A stretch of 64,000 nucleotides of DNA, from positions 16,344-80,343 of the forward strand of contig JAKPTF010000013.1 of the NCBI GenBank assembly GCA_029571225.1, read 5' to 3'. A program made the position numbers and the translations under genes. The notes beneath the pieces are model-generated. The model searched no databases. It was not told the origin of the DNA and saw only the letters and a program-made list of their open reading frames with translations. Source of the stretch: Candidatus Omnitrophota bacterium (lineage in GTDB: Bacteria; Omnitrophota; Gorgyraeia; Gygaellales; Profunditerraquicolaceae). Of this stretch, positions 55,672 through 63,949 are shown piece after piece (position 1 is the first letter of the stretch; each line of letters starts with the position of its first letter).

Positions 55672-56472
55672 ATGGTGTATGCGCTTGGCTGCAGGAAGGA
55701 CCCCGTTGACCTTCGGGATTTGCCCATGGGGCTGGTTCTGCCCCAGATACCCGTGCCTTCGGTTGTGGATTATACGAGCCGCATGACCCCTGTCCGGGAT
55801 CAGGGAGATGAAGGGACATGCGTGGCATTTGCCAGCGTTGTGGGGGTAAAGGAATACGAGGATACGAAGGAATACAAAAAAAACGTGTCTCTGTCGCCGC
55901 GGTACGTGTACAGCCTGTGCAAAAAGTATGACGGCATTCCCGACGAAGAAGGCACGTACCCGCGCGTTGCCATGAAGGTGCTGCTCAAACACGGGGTATG
56001 CCCCGAATCGTTCTGGCCGTATAAGCCGCATCAGACCGATGATCATAGAAAAGGCGCTGACCAGAAAGCAAGGAGGTATCGCATCGAGGCATACGCGCGT
56101 CTGCAATCGGTCCAGGAGATGAAGCGCAGCCTCTACGTCAACGGCCCTTTCCTTGCCGGTGTGCGCGTATATGAGTCATGGTTCACAGAATGTGTTAAAA
56201 GGACGGGTATGATACCGCTACCGCGCAAGGGAGAAGAGATGCTCGGGGGCCATGCGGTTTGTATCGTAGCATACGATGATAATAAACAGCTTTTCAAATT
56301 CAAGAATTCCTGGGGCAAGGGCTGGGCGCGCAAAGGATACGGGCATCTGCCATATATATATATGCAACGCTATTGTTCTGATGCGTGGAGCGCTACGGAT
56401 CTTATAGAAGACCCGAGAACGCTTGTAAAATCGCGCGTAAACATCCTGAAAAAATTTTTTGTAACTGTTTAG
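55672..56472 (+). CDS. Papain-like (C1 family) cysteine peptidase, no signal peptide
   Basis: VRDQGDEGTCVAFA (catalytic Cys context), GGHAVCIVAYD (catalytic His), FKNSWGKGWARKGYG. AGGAGGG RBS before ATG 55672. Confidence 0.75.
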   Translation: MVYALGCRKDPVDLRDLPMGLVLPQIPVPSVVDYTSRMTPVRDQGDEGTCVAFASVVGVKEYEDTKEYKKNVSLSPRYVYSLCKKYDGIPDEEGTYPRVAMKVLLKHGVCPESFWPYKPHQTDDHRKGADQKARRYRIEAYARLQSVQEMKRSLYVNGPFLAGVRVYESWFTECVKRTGMIPLPRKGEEMLGGHAVCIVAYDDNKQLFKFKNSWGKGWARKGYGHLPYIYMQRYCSDAWSATDLIEDPRTLVKSRVNILKKFFVTV

Positions 56473-56513
56473 ATTGCAAGGTAATATGTTGCTTTTTCTG
56501 CCGTAAGATTTGC

Positions 56514-56541
56514 TTGACAAAAAGCCTCGGCGTATTATAAT
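56514..56541 (+). promoter_or_regulatory. Sigma70-type promoter heading the phosphonate locus
   Basis: TTGACA (56514-56519), a 16-nt spacer, then TATAAT (56536-56541), in an AT-rich 139-nt spacer. Confidence 0.55.
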
Positions 56542-56611
56542 AATTTCTCAAACATAACTTATTGTATTAAATACTAAATATAATAATATCAATAGGATAC
56601 AATAAAAGAGC

Positions 56612-58345
56612 ATGTTCAAAAAAAGGTTTATTGCTGAAGATTTTTCAAAAAAAAATAAACCTGTCAGTGTGCTTGATGAAGCGGTCAGAAAGATAGCAGG
56701 CAAGGCGCTTCCTTCATCAGGACAGAAGACACTGATTTTGTGCATTGACGGCATTAGCATTGATAAAATCCGGGCCATGATCGAACTCGGAAAATTGCCT
56801 GCCTTCAAGCGCTTGATCTTTGGCGGCGTCTCCGGCTATTTGCGCTCCACGATACCTCCTGACAGCCTGCCAGCCTGGCCAAGTTTCACAACCGGTAAGA
56901 ATCCAGCAAGGCACGGCATTACTGCCTATTTCAAGTCCTGTGGAGGGGAGGAAACCGCTGTGAACGCGACCATGATCGAGTCGCGTAAATTCTGGGACAG
57001 TTTCGATGACGCAGGTCTGAATTCGGTTGTCATGAACCTTCCAGCGACATATCCGCCGCAAGATATCCGCGGCATCATGATTTCCGATTATTTGAGCCCT
57101 GCCGGGGCGGTATTCACTCATCCGGCTGAATTGAGCGATGCCTTGACGCAAACAGGTTATTTCACTGACCTTGCGGCCACGAAGTTCTTCGAATATGACC
57201 TCACCAGACCGGAGCCGTTTTTGTATAAGATCGATAAGACGCTCGAAGCGGCCTTGAGCATTATGAGGAATTACCCCTGGGACACGTTCACCCTGTGTTT
57301 TATAGATCCCGACAAGGCGCATCACATATTCGGCCTTGAAGGCGGCGGCATCGACGCGGTTTATACACGCATCGACGAGTCCCTGGCAGAAATCATCAAA
57401 GCCGTGGACCTTGATAACACCGATATCTTCATCCTGTCTGACCATGGCGTTTCTAATTACAGCAGGGAATTCGCGCTTCATCCGTGGCTGTTCGAGAAAG
57501 GTTTGCTTGGTCTCAACAGCCTTCACGATCAGATTTCGGCAGCGAAGGGAACATCTGGCTGGCGTATGGATCTTTTGTGCCTCGCATACCGCCTTAAGGT
57601 GTCGCTGAACCTGCCAGGGATTCCGTTTTTCCATTTCCCCAAAGAAGTTCTTGCTTTGAATGCAAAAAATCCGTGCCCGTTCGACTGGTCGCGCACTCAG
57701 GCATACAGCCTTCAGCCTCCGACAAGCAATTACCTCCCGGTTTTTATCAATACAAACGGAGAGCGCCCGCACGGTATTGTCGAAAAAGGCAATAAATACG
57801 AAAGGCTTAAAGACATGCTGGTGCGCGAATTTTCCGATCTGCGCGATCCGGACACTGGCCGGCTTATTGTCAGGAGGATATGGGAGCGTGAGGAGCTGTT
57901 TTCGGGGAAGTACATGGCCGATATGCCCGACCTTGTCGTTGAGCTCGAGGAGGAATATATAGGCTTTTCCGGATATACCGACAGGAAACGTATTCAGAAC
58001 GGGCCTGTTTTCAGGAAGTTCGATACGCCGGTCCTTGACCACAGTATCAACGGGGCGTTCGTGTTCGCAGGGCCCAGGGCCCAGCATAACGCGAATGTCG
58101 AAGGCATGGCCCTTATGGACGTAATGCCTACGATTCTTTATTCCAGGCAGCTGCCTGTCCCATCGGATTTAGACGGCAGGGTCAGGACCGATATCTTTAC
58201 CGATGCGTTCATCAGTTCCTCAAGAATTATGACCGTTGATCCAGCCTGCAAAGCAGGGGCTGATAAGCTGCGGGCAAGGCACCATTCCCCCGAAGATCTG
58301 GAGCGGATTAACAGGGAGCTCAAACGCATGGGATACGTAAAATAG
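56612..58345 (+). CDS. Alkaline-phosphatase-superfamily protein (type I phosphodiesterase/nucleotide pyrophosphatase-like)
   Basis: LILCIDGISIDKI (metal-site Asp), PDSLPAWPSFTTGKNPARHGI, ILSDHGV. No signal peptide or TM. Confidence 0.7.
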   Translation: MFKKRFIAEDFSKKNKPVSVLDEAVRKIAGKALPSSGQKTLILCIDGISIDKIRAMIELGKLPAFKRLIFGGVSGYLRSTIPPDSLPAWPSFTTGKNPARHGITAYFKSCGGEETAVNATMIESRKFWDSFDDAGLNSVVMNLPATYPPQDIRGIMISDYLSPAGAVFTHPAELSDALTQTGYFTDLAATKFFEYDLTRPEPFLYKIDKTLEAALSIMRNYPWDTFTLCFIDPDKAHHIFGLEGGGIDAVYTRIDESLAEIIKAVDLDNTDIFILSDHGVSNYSREFALHPWLFEKGLLGLNSLHDQISAAKGTSGWRMDLLCLAYRLKVSLNLPGIPFFHFPKEVLALNAKNPCPFDWSRTQAYSLQPPTSNYLPVFINTNGERPHGIVEKGNKYERLKDMLVREFSDLRDPDTGRLIVRRIWEREELFSGKYMADMPDLVVELEEEYIGFSGYTDRKRIQNGPVFRKFDTPVLDHSINGAFVFAGPRAQHNANVEGMALMDVMPTILYSRQLPVPSDLDGRVRTDIFTDAFISSSRIMTVDPACKAGADKLRARHHSPEDLERINRELKRMGYVK

Positions 58346-58365
58346 AGCTTGCAAGGAGATTCTCA

Positions 58366-60012
58366 ATGGATAAAGGCAAGAAAAAATCCGGCATGACCAA
58401 GGCGGCGAAACTGAGGGCCCTTTTTGGGTCGGGCAAAGTCGTCAGGATCATGGGCGCGCATAATGCCCTTGGGGCAAAGCTTATAGAGCGAGCCGGTTTT
58501 GACGGGGTGTGGGCAAGCGGCCTTGAGATATCGACCAGTTTCGGCGTGCCTGACGCGAATATACTGACCATGACGGACTTCCTCAATGCCGCCGAATCCA
58601 TGAACGAGTCTGTCGGCATCCCTGTTGTTGCCGATTGCGACACGGGCTTCGGCAATTCCAATAATGTCATACACATGGTCAGGAAATACGAGGCTGCAGG
58701 GATCGCTGCGGTGTGCATCGAGGACAAGCATTTTCCCAAGGTCAACAGCTTTATCCCCGGCAGGCAGGAACTGGCCTCGGTTTCCGAGTTTATGGGCAAG
58801 ATCCTTGCTGCGAAAAACGCTCAGGTCGATCCGGATTTCATGGTGATCGCGCGCGTTGAGGCGCTTATCGCGGGCTGGGGCATGGAAGAGGCGCTGCGCA
58901 GGGCCTGCGCATACGTGGAGGCAGGGGCGGACGCTATACTTATACACAGCAAATCAAAGACAATCGAGGAGATCTCAGAGTTCTGCCGCGCCTGGAAGGA
59001 CAAGGCGCCGCTGGTAGCCGTGCCGACAACCTATTACGATGTGCCTATCGCGACGTTCCAGAAACTCGGCATATCCATGGTTATTTACGCCAACCATGGC
59101 CTGCGCGCTTCCATCAAAGCGATGCAGGATACGTTTCGGCGCATCCATGAAAATGGCAGCACGGCCGCGGTTGAGGGCAACATCGCCTCCATGCAGGAGG
59201 TGTTCGAACTGCAGGGCATGAACAAGATGAAAGAGGACGAATTGATCTATTCTGGGTCCGGAACAACCAGGACCGTGGCAATCCTGCCCGCTGCGGGCGA
59301 CCACCTCGAAGAATATTCCATGAAGGATATTTCCAGCGACATCCCGCTGTCCATGCTCGATATCAACGGAAAGCCTATACTCCAGCGCCAGGCAGAAATC
59401 CTTAACCGTGCCAGGGTCTATGATATCCGCGTGGTCGCCGGGTATAAAAAAGACAGGGTGCAGGTCGGCGGGGTGCGCGTCATACCGAATGATTCGTACA
59501 GGACCAGCGGCATACTGGATTCTGTTATGTGCGCGTTGAAGGACGTTTCCGGGCCGGCTCTTGTCATCTACGGCGACATCCTTTTCGACCATATCCTCAT
59601 CGAGCGGATCCTGAATAACCATAATGATATCACACTTGTGCTGGATAACACGTTCGATGCCTCGCGCCAGGCGCATAAGAAAAAGGCTGAACTTGCCCTT
59701 ACCGACTCAGGGGCTGTGCGCTCGCCGCGCACGCTTAACCATGACACGCTCCATCGCGTTAAAAAGATCGGCGATGGCGTGAAAAAAACGTCCGCGCAGT
59801 GCGAGTTCACCGGAATCATGTACCTTTCGGCTGAAGGCGTCAGGGTGTTTAAGGATAATTACCGTAAGAAGGCCTCCGGCCAGAGCCTTGTTGATTTTAT
59901 CGATTCCCTTATACTCAAGAAACATGACGTATCGTGCCTTGTGGTCAATTCGGGCTGGCTGGAGATACATTCGCTGGAGGATTATAAGGCCGCGTGCAGC
60001 CTTTTCAAATAA
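58366..60012 (+). CDS. pepM: Phosphoenolpyruvate mutase fused to a LicC-type nucleotidyltransferase domain
   Basis: The N-terminal ~290 aa are an isocitrate-lyase/PEP-mutase fold (RIMGAHNALGAKLIERAGFDGVWASGLEIS...PVVADCDTGFGN...CIEDKHFPK). The C-terminal ~250 aa are a nucleotidyltransferase (AILPAAGDH...LDINGKPIL...GWLEIHSLEDY). AAGGAGA RBS. Confidence 0.85.
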   Translation: MDKGKKKSGMTKAAKLRALFGSGKVVRIMGAHNALGAKLIERAGFDGVWASGLEISTSFGVPDANILTMTDFLNAAESMNESVGIPVVADCDTGFGNSNNVIHMVRKYEAAGIAAVCIEDKHFPKVNSFIPGRQELASVSEFMGKILAAKNAQVDPDFMVIARVEALIAGWGMEEALRRACAYVEAGADAILIHSKSKTIEEISEFCRAWKDKAPLVAVPTTYYDVPIATFQKLGISMVIYANHGLRASIKAMQDTFRRIHENGSTAAVEGNIASMQEVFELQGMNKMKEDELIYSGSGTTRTVAILPAAGDHLEEYSMKDISSDIPLSMLDINGKPILQRQAEILNRARVYDIRVVAGYKKDRVQVGGVRVIPNDSYRTSGILDSVMCALKDVSGPALVIYGDILFDHILIERILNNHNDITLVLDNTFDASRQAHKKKAELALTDSGAVRSPRTLNHDTLHRVKKIGDGVKKTSAQCEFTGIMYLSAEGVRVFKDNYRKKASGQSLVDFIDSLILKKHDVSCLVVNSGWLEIHSLEDYKAACSLFK

Positions 60013-60015
60013 CCG

Positions 60016-60501
60016 ATGATAACGCCCGCGCAGTTCCTTGACTATTTGAATAAGAGATCAATACGTTTCTTCGCCGGCGTGCCGTGCTCTTATGTGAAGA
60101 GCACGATAACCGCGCTGGAGCGTGACGCGCGTTTTACCTACGTCCCTGCAGTTAAGGAGGACGTTGCTTTGGGAATCAGCTCGGGTGCCTTTCTTGCAGG
60201 CAGGCGTTCCGGCATAATCATGCAGAATTCGGGTATCGGCCATGTCGTTAACGCCCTGACGTCCTTTAACATGATTTACAAGATCCCGGTGCTCATGCTG
60301 GTCACCTGGCGCGGCCGTGGGGCCGACGCCCCGGAGCACTCGGTCATGGGCAGGAAAACGCTTCCGTTATTGAAATGTCTCGGCATCCCGTGCCGTGTTC
60401 TTACCGAGGCGTACAGCACTGATATCGACTGGGCGATTCGGACCATGCGCGCTAAACGGGTTCCTGTTGCGCTGATCATCAGGGAGGGGATGATCGGATG
60501 A
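60016..60501 (+). CDS. Phosphonopyruvate decarboxylase, alpha (TPP pyrimidine-binding) subunit
   Basis: 161 aa. FFAGVPCSYVK...EDVALGISSGAFLAG...IMQNSGIGHVVNAL is a TPP-enzyme N-terminal domain, adjacent to pepM. Confidence 0.75.
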   Translation: MITPAQFLDYLNKRSIRFFAGVPCSYVKSTITALERDARFTYVPAVKEDVALGISSGAFLAGRRSGIIMQNSGIGHVVNALTSFNMIYKIPVLMLVTWRGRGADAPEHSVMGRKTLPLLKCLGIPCRVLTEAYSTDIDWAIRTMRAKRVPVALIIREGMIG

Positions 60502-61064
60502 AATGCCGTGAAGCGGTGGAGATCATGTTCAAGGTGATCGGGAAAGACGCGGTATGCTGTTTTACCAACGGCTTTATCGGCAGGATCGCTTATATCGTTA
60601 AGGACAGGCTGACTAATTTTTACATGGTCGGTTCCATGGGCCTTGTATCCTCCGTTGGGCTAGGCATTGCCATAAACTCGAAGCGCAGGGTCGTCGTTTT
60701 TGACGGCGACGGCAGCGCGCTAATGAATCTTGGCGCCCTGCCGCTTATAGGCAACCAAAAGCCAGAGAACCTGCTGCATGTTATCCTGGACAACGGTTGT
60801 TATGCGTCTACCGGAGGCCAGGCAACTGTATCGGATACAACGGATTTCTGCGGGCTGGCTAAAGCTTCCGGTTACGGGTCCGCGTTTTCGGCTGTCTCTG
60901 CCCGGGAGCTTGCGAAGAAATTATCTTCAGCCCTTCGTGCGAAAGGCCCGGCGCTGCTGCATGTCAGGATCGAGGCGGAGACTGCGACTCCGCCGGTGCG
61001 GGTCGCACTTTCGCCGGAACAGATGGCCGTCAGAATCAGGAAAAATATATTACGGAGGGGTTGA
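60498..61064 (+). CDS. Phosphonopyruvate decarboxylase, beta (TPP pyrophosphate-binding) subunit
   Basis: 188 aa. GSMGLVSSVGLGIAI...VFDGDGSALMNLGAL...LDNGCYASTGGQ (the GDGS...N TPP motif). ATGA overlap with the alpha subunit. Confidence 0.75.
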   Translation: MKCREAVEIMFKVIGKDAVCCFTNGFIGRIAYIVKDRLTNFYMVGSMGLVSSVGLGIAINSKRRVVVFDGDGSALMNLGALPLIGNQKPENLLHVILDNGCYASTGGQATVSDTTDFCGLAKASGYGSAFSAVSARELAKKLSSALRAKGPALLHVRIEAETATPPVRVALSPEQMAVRIRKNILRRG

Positions 61065-61071
61065 AACATCC

Positions 61072-61821
61072 ATGAAAGCGATTATTATAGCTGCGGGAAG
61101 GGCCAAACGCATGGAACATCTTTCGGAGAATCTGCCTAAATGCCTTTTTGAGGTCAATGGCAGGCCTGTCCTACGGCGTCAGATGGATACCTTCAGGGCG
61201 TGCGGGGTCATTGACATTGTGGTTATCAAGGGATATAAGCAGGAGCTTATCAATTATTCCGATGCGCGGTATTATATCAACGACGATTATATGAACAACA
61301 ATATCCTTAATTCGCTTTTTTACGCGGAAAAGGAAATCGAAGGTGATTGCATTATCACCTACGGCGACATTCTATTCAACGAAGGCGTTATCAGGAAGCT
61401 GGTTGCCTCCAAATCCGACATAGCAGCGGTCGTTGACACGGAATGGAAGGCTCATTATGAGAACCGGCACGCGCATCCTGTTACAGAGGCGGAGAACGTG
61501 ATCATGGATGAAGAGCACCGGTTGATAGAGATCGGCAAGATTATGGATAAAAAACACGCGGCCAACGCCGAGTTCATCGGCATGATAAAGGTGAGCGGGA
61601 AGGGTGCGAAAATCCTCACGTCCGAGTTTAACCGCGTAAAAAAGCTTTACGGCGGCAGGCCGTTCAAGCGCGCGGCTGTTTTCGCGCAGGCGTACCTGAC
61701 CGATATGCTCCAGGAACTGGTCGACGCAGGCTACCGGGTCGATTGCGTCCCGATCAGGGACGGCTGGATGGAGCTCGATACGCCTGACGATTACGCCGCT
61801 GCGGCAAAGGCGTTCGCCTGA
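61072..61821 (+). CDS. LicC-type nucleotidyltransferase (candidate phosphonate/phosphocholine cytidylyltransferase)
   Basis: MKAIIIAAGRAKRM...LPKCLFEVNGRPVL, YGDILF, GWMELDTPDDY. It is a paralogue of the C-terminal domain of the pepM fusion. GGAGGGG RBS. Confidence 0.75.
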   Translation: MKAIIIAAGRAKRMEHLSENLPKCLFEVNGRPVLRRQMDTFRACGVIDIVVIKGYKQELINYSDARYYINDDYMNNNILNSLFYAEKEIEGDCIITYGDILFNEGVIRKLVASKSDIAAVVDTEWKAHYENRHAHPVTEAENVIMDEEHRLIEIGKIMDKKHAANAEFIGMIKVSGKGAKILTSEFNRVKKLYGGRPFKRAAVFAQAYLTDMLQELVDAGYRVDCVPIRDGWMELDTPDDYAAAAKAFA

Positions 61822-61822
61822 T

Positions 61823-62704
61823 ATGTCGCGGCCAGATTCTTTCGCGCTCGGCCTCATTGTTCTGTCAGCTGCTATCCATCCTCTCTGGAATATGCTTCTC
61901 AAGAGGAGCGACGAAAAGGTCGTGTTCTATTTCAATATACACCTGTTCTTTACAATCTTTTTTTCGTTCACGCTATTTGTCCTGCCGGTTGCCTCTGTGA
62001 CAGGCAGGGGATGGCTCATGGTCCTTCTATCGAGCGTTGCGCATTTCTTCTATCAGATATATCTTTGCCGGACATACGAGCTGGGCGACATGTCCCTGAC
62101 ATACCCGATTATCAGGTCAGCCCCGTTATTTGTCGTGATCATGGCAGCGGTGTTCCTGAAGGAGCGGCTGTCGCCTTTGGCGATCGCTGGTATCGTCATT
62201 ATCGTGATCGGCGCGCAGATGATCAACCAGCAGAAGATATCGCTCAAGCAGTTCTTCGGGGCATGGCGGCATGCCCGGCCGCGCGTCGTGGCAGCTGCGG
62301 TATTGACCGCGTTTTTCTCAGCATTGTATTCCGTTATTGACAAAAAGGGTGCGCTTATCATTCACCCGGTGCTTTTCTTTTACCTTTTTTTTGCGGTGTC
62401 TGGGCTAATGTTCGGCTTATATCTGCTGTTTGCCCCTGGAAGAAAAAAGAACTATATAGCGTTAACGCGGGCCAACGCGCACAAGATCGCGCTTGCCGCC
62501 TTACTTGAATTCGCTTCGTACGTCCTTATCCTTTACGCGTTCAGGCTCACCGCGGTCGCGACCGTTGTAGCCATAAGGCAGATATCGGTCGTCTTTGGAG
62601 CGATGATCGGCATCTTTTTCCTGAAAGAGAAATACGGCAAGGCGCGCCTCTTGGCCTCCGTCGTGATATTTACCGGCATCTATTTACTGATTATTACAAA
62701 ATAA
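61823..62704 (+). CDS. EamA/DMT-superfamily transporter
   Basis: 293 aa with ten hydrophobic segments in two EamA-like halves. Confidence 0.75.
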   Translation: MSRPDSFALGLIVLSAAIHPLWNMLLKRSDEKVVFYFNIHLFFTIFFSFTLFVLPVASVTGRGWLMVLLSSVAHFFYQIYLCRTYELGDMSLTYPIIRSAPLFVVIMAAVFLKERLSPLAIAGIVIIVIGAQMINQQKISLKQFFGAWRHARPRVVAAAVLTAFFSALYSVIDKKGALIIHPVLFFYLFFAVSGLMFGLYLLFAPGRKKNYIALTRANAHKIALAALLEFASYVLILYAFRLTAVATVVAIRQISVVFGAMIGIFFLKEKYGKARLLASVVIFTGIYLLIITK

Positions 62705-62719
62705 TCGAAAGGGGTTTGC

Positions 62720-63931
62720 ATGAAAGGCAAGAATAAACATGCTCAAAACAAAGAGAAGATAACGCTCTATCCCGGAATGGCAGGCATGACGCGGGATATC
62801 GTGACCAGGCTTAAGGCCGAGGGTGCCCGGCTGCTTTCGCTAGACATAATGCTAACTCAAAAATGCAATTTCAGATGCAATTATTGTTATGCTGAAGGAA
62901 GCCCGGAGAAAAAGAACGAGCTGCTCATGAAGGAAGTCAAGCAGATCGTCGAAGAGGCGCTCGAGCTTGGGGTGCGGATCGTCAACATGCAGGGAGGCGA
63001 GCCGCTGATCTGGCATCCTGCGGATTGGGACGGCAAAGCGGGCGAGGCGTATTTCCACATTGTGGAACACATCAGGAACCGTTTCCAGGATGAGAATAAG
63101 CCGCTGGACCTGGTCAGCTTTACCGATGTCGCGTTGATCACGCGACAAAAGGCGAAGATACTGGCAGGCTTGAACATGGCGCTGTGCTGCAAGCTCGATT
63201 CGCTCGATCCTAAGATACAGGATTCCCTGCTCGGCGTGCCAGGCGGCTTATCTAAAATGATGCAGGGTTACGAGCATCTGATTTCGGTCGGTTATGGGAA
63301 TAAAGACATGCCTCCGCTTTCAACCAATACGGTTGTAACGACCGTCAATTATGACGGCATAGAGGACGTGTTCCGCTGGTCGCGCAGCCGGGGGTTCAGG
63401 CCGTTCGTTATACCCGTACACGTGCACGGAAGGGCGCAGTCAAACAGCGATATCATGCTTTCCGGGCAGAAGACAAAGAGCACTCTCAGTCCTCTTGACA
63501 TCAAGAAGCTATTCGAGAAGCTCGCAAAGATCGATAGGGAAGAGTTCAATATTATTTGGGAACCCAAAACGCCCTGGATCGAGAACAAGGCCTGCTCGCG
63601 GCATCTGGGCGGAGTGCATATCAGGGCCGACGGGATCGTGGTGCCGTGTTCCGAAGCGCCTGATTTCTGGGCCCTCGGCGACATACGAAAGCAGTCATTG
63701 AAGGAGATAATTTCTTCACCGAAGGTAGAGAAGTTCAGGCAGATCTACAGCAATCTGCATGAGGATTCCAAATGCTCGCCCAAGAGATGCGAAATGGCGG
63801 CTCAATTCAAGTGCTATGGCTGCCGCACCCGCGCCTACGACGATTCCGCGTTTGACAAAAAGGGCACCTATGACGTGAAACGGCTCGATCCACAGGCATT
63901 CTTTGCGGGCGATCCCGCATGCTGGTTATGA
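62720..63931 (+). CDS. Radical SAM protein with C-terminal SPASM-like Cys cluster (possible anaerobic sulfatase-maturase-type enzyme)
   Basis: CNFRCNYC (CxxxCxxC). C-terminal CSRHLGGVHIRADGIVVPC and CSPKRCEMAAQFKCYGC. A sulfatase gene follows. Confidence 0.8.
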   Translation: MKGKNKHAQNKEKITLYPGMAGMTRDIVTRLKAEGARLLSLDIMLTQKCNFRCNYCYAEGSPEKKNELLMKEVKQIVEEALELGVRIVNMQGGEPLIWHPADWDGKAGEAYFHIVEHIRNRFQDENKPLDLVSFTDVALITRQKAKILAGLNMALCCKLDSLDPKIQDSLLGVPGGLSKMMQGYEHLISVGYGNKDMPPLSTNTVVTTVNYDGIEDVFRWSRSRGFRPFVIPVHVHGRAQSNSDIMLSGQKTKSTLSPLDIKKLFEKLAKIDREEFNIIWEPKTPWIENKACSRHLGGVHIRADGIVVPCSEAPDFWALGDIRKQSLKEIISSPKVEKFRQIYSNLHEDSKCSPKRCEMAAQFKCYGCRTRAYDDSAFDKKGTYDVKRLDPQAFFAGDPACWL

Positions 63932-63949
63932 ACCGGATGTTTAAGATCT

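Noticed and set aside
56717-58087. A 456-aa ORF on the - strand, the longest antisense ORF in the window.
   Set aside because: It lies entirely antisense to the + strand alkaline-phosphatase-family gene, which carries recognisable catalytic motifs. Its translation is Arg/Pro/Gly/Leu-rich with no motif, no RBS and no promoter. This is a typical shadow ORF of a codon-biased gene.
60778-61071. The N-terminal extension of the ORF-track entry 60778-61821, which would give a 347-aa nucleotidyltransferase.
   Set aside because: The extension lies inside the Ppd beta-subunit gene in another frame and is Arg/Leu/Ser-rich. The nucleotidyltransferase fold starts at MKAIIIAAGRAKRM (ATG 61072), which has its own GGAGGGG RBS.
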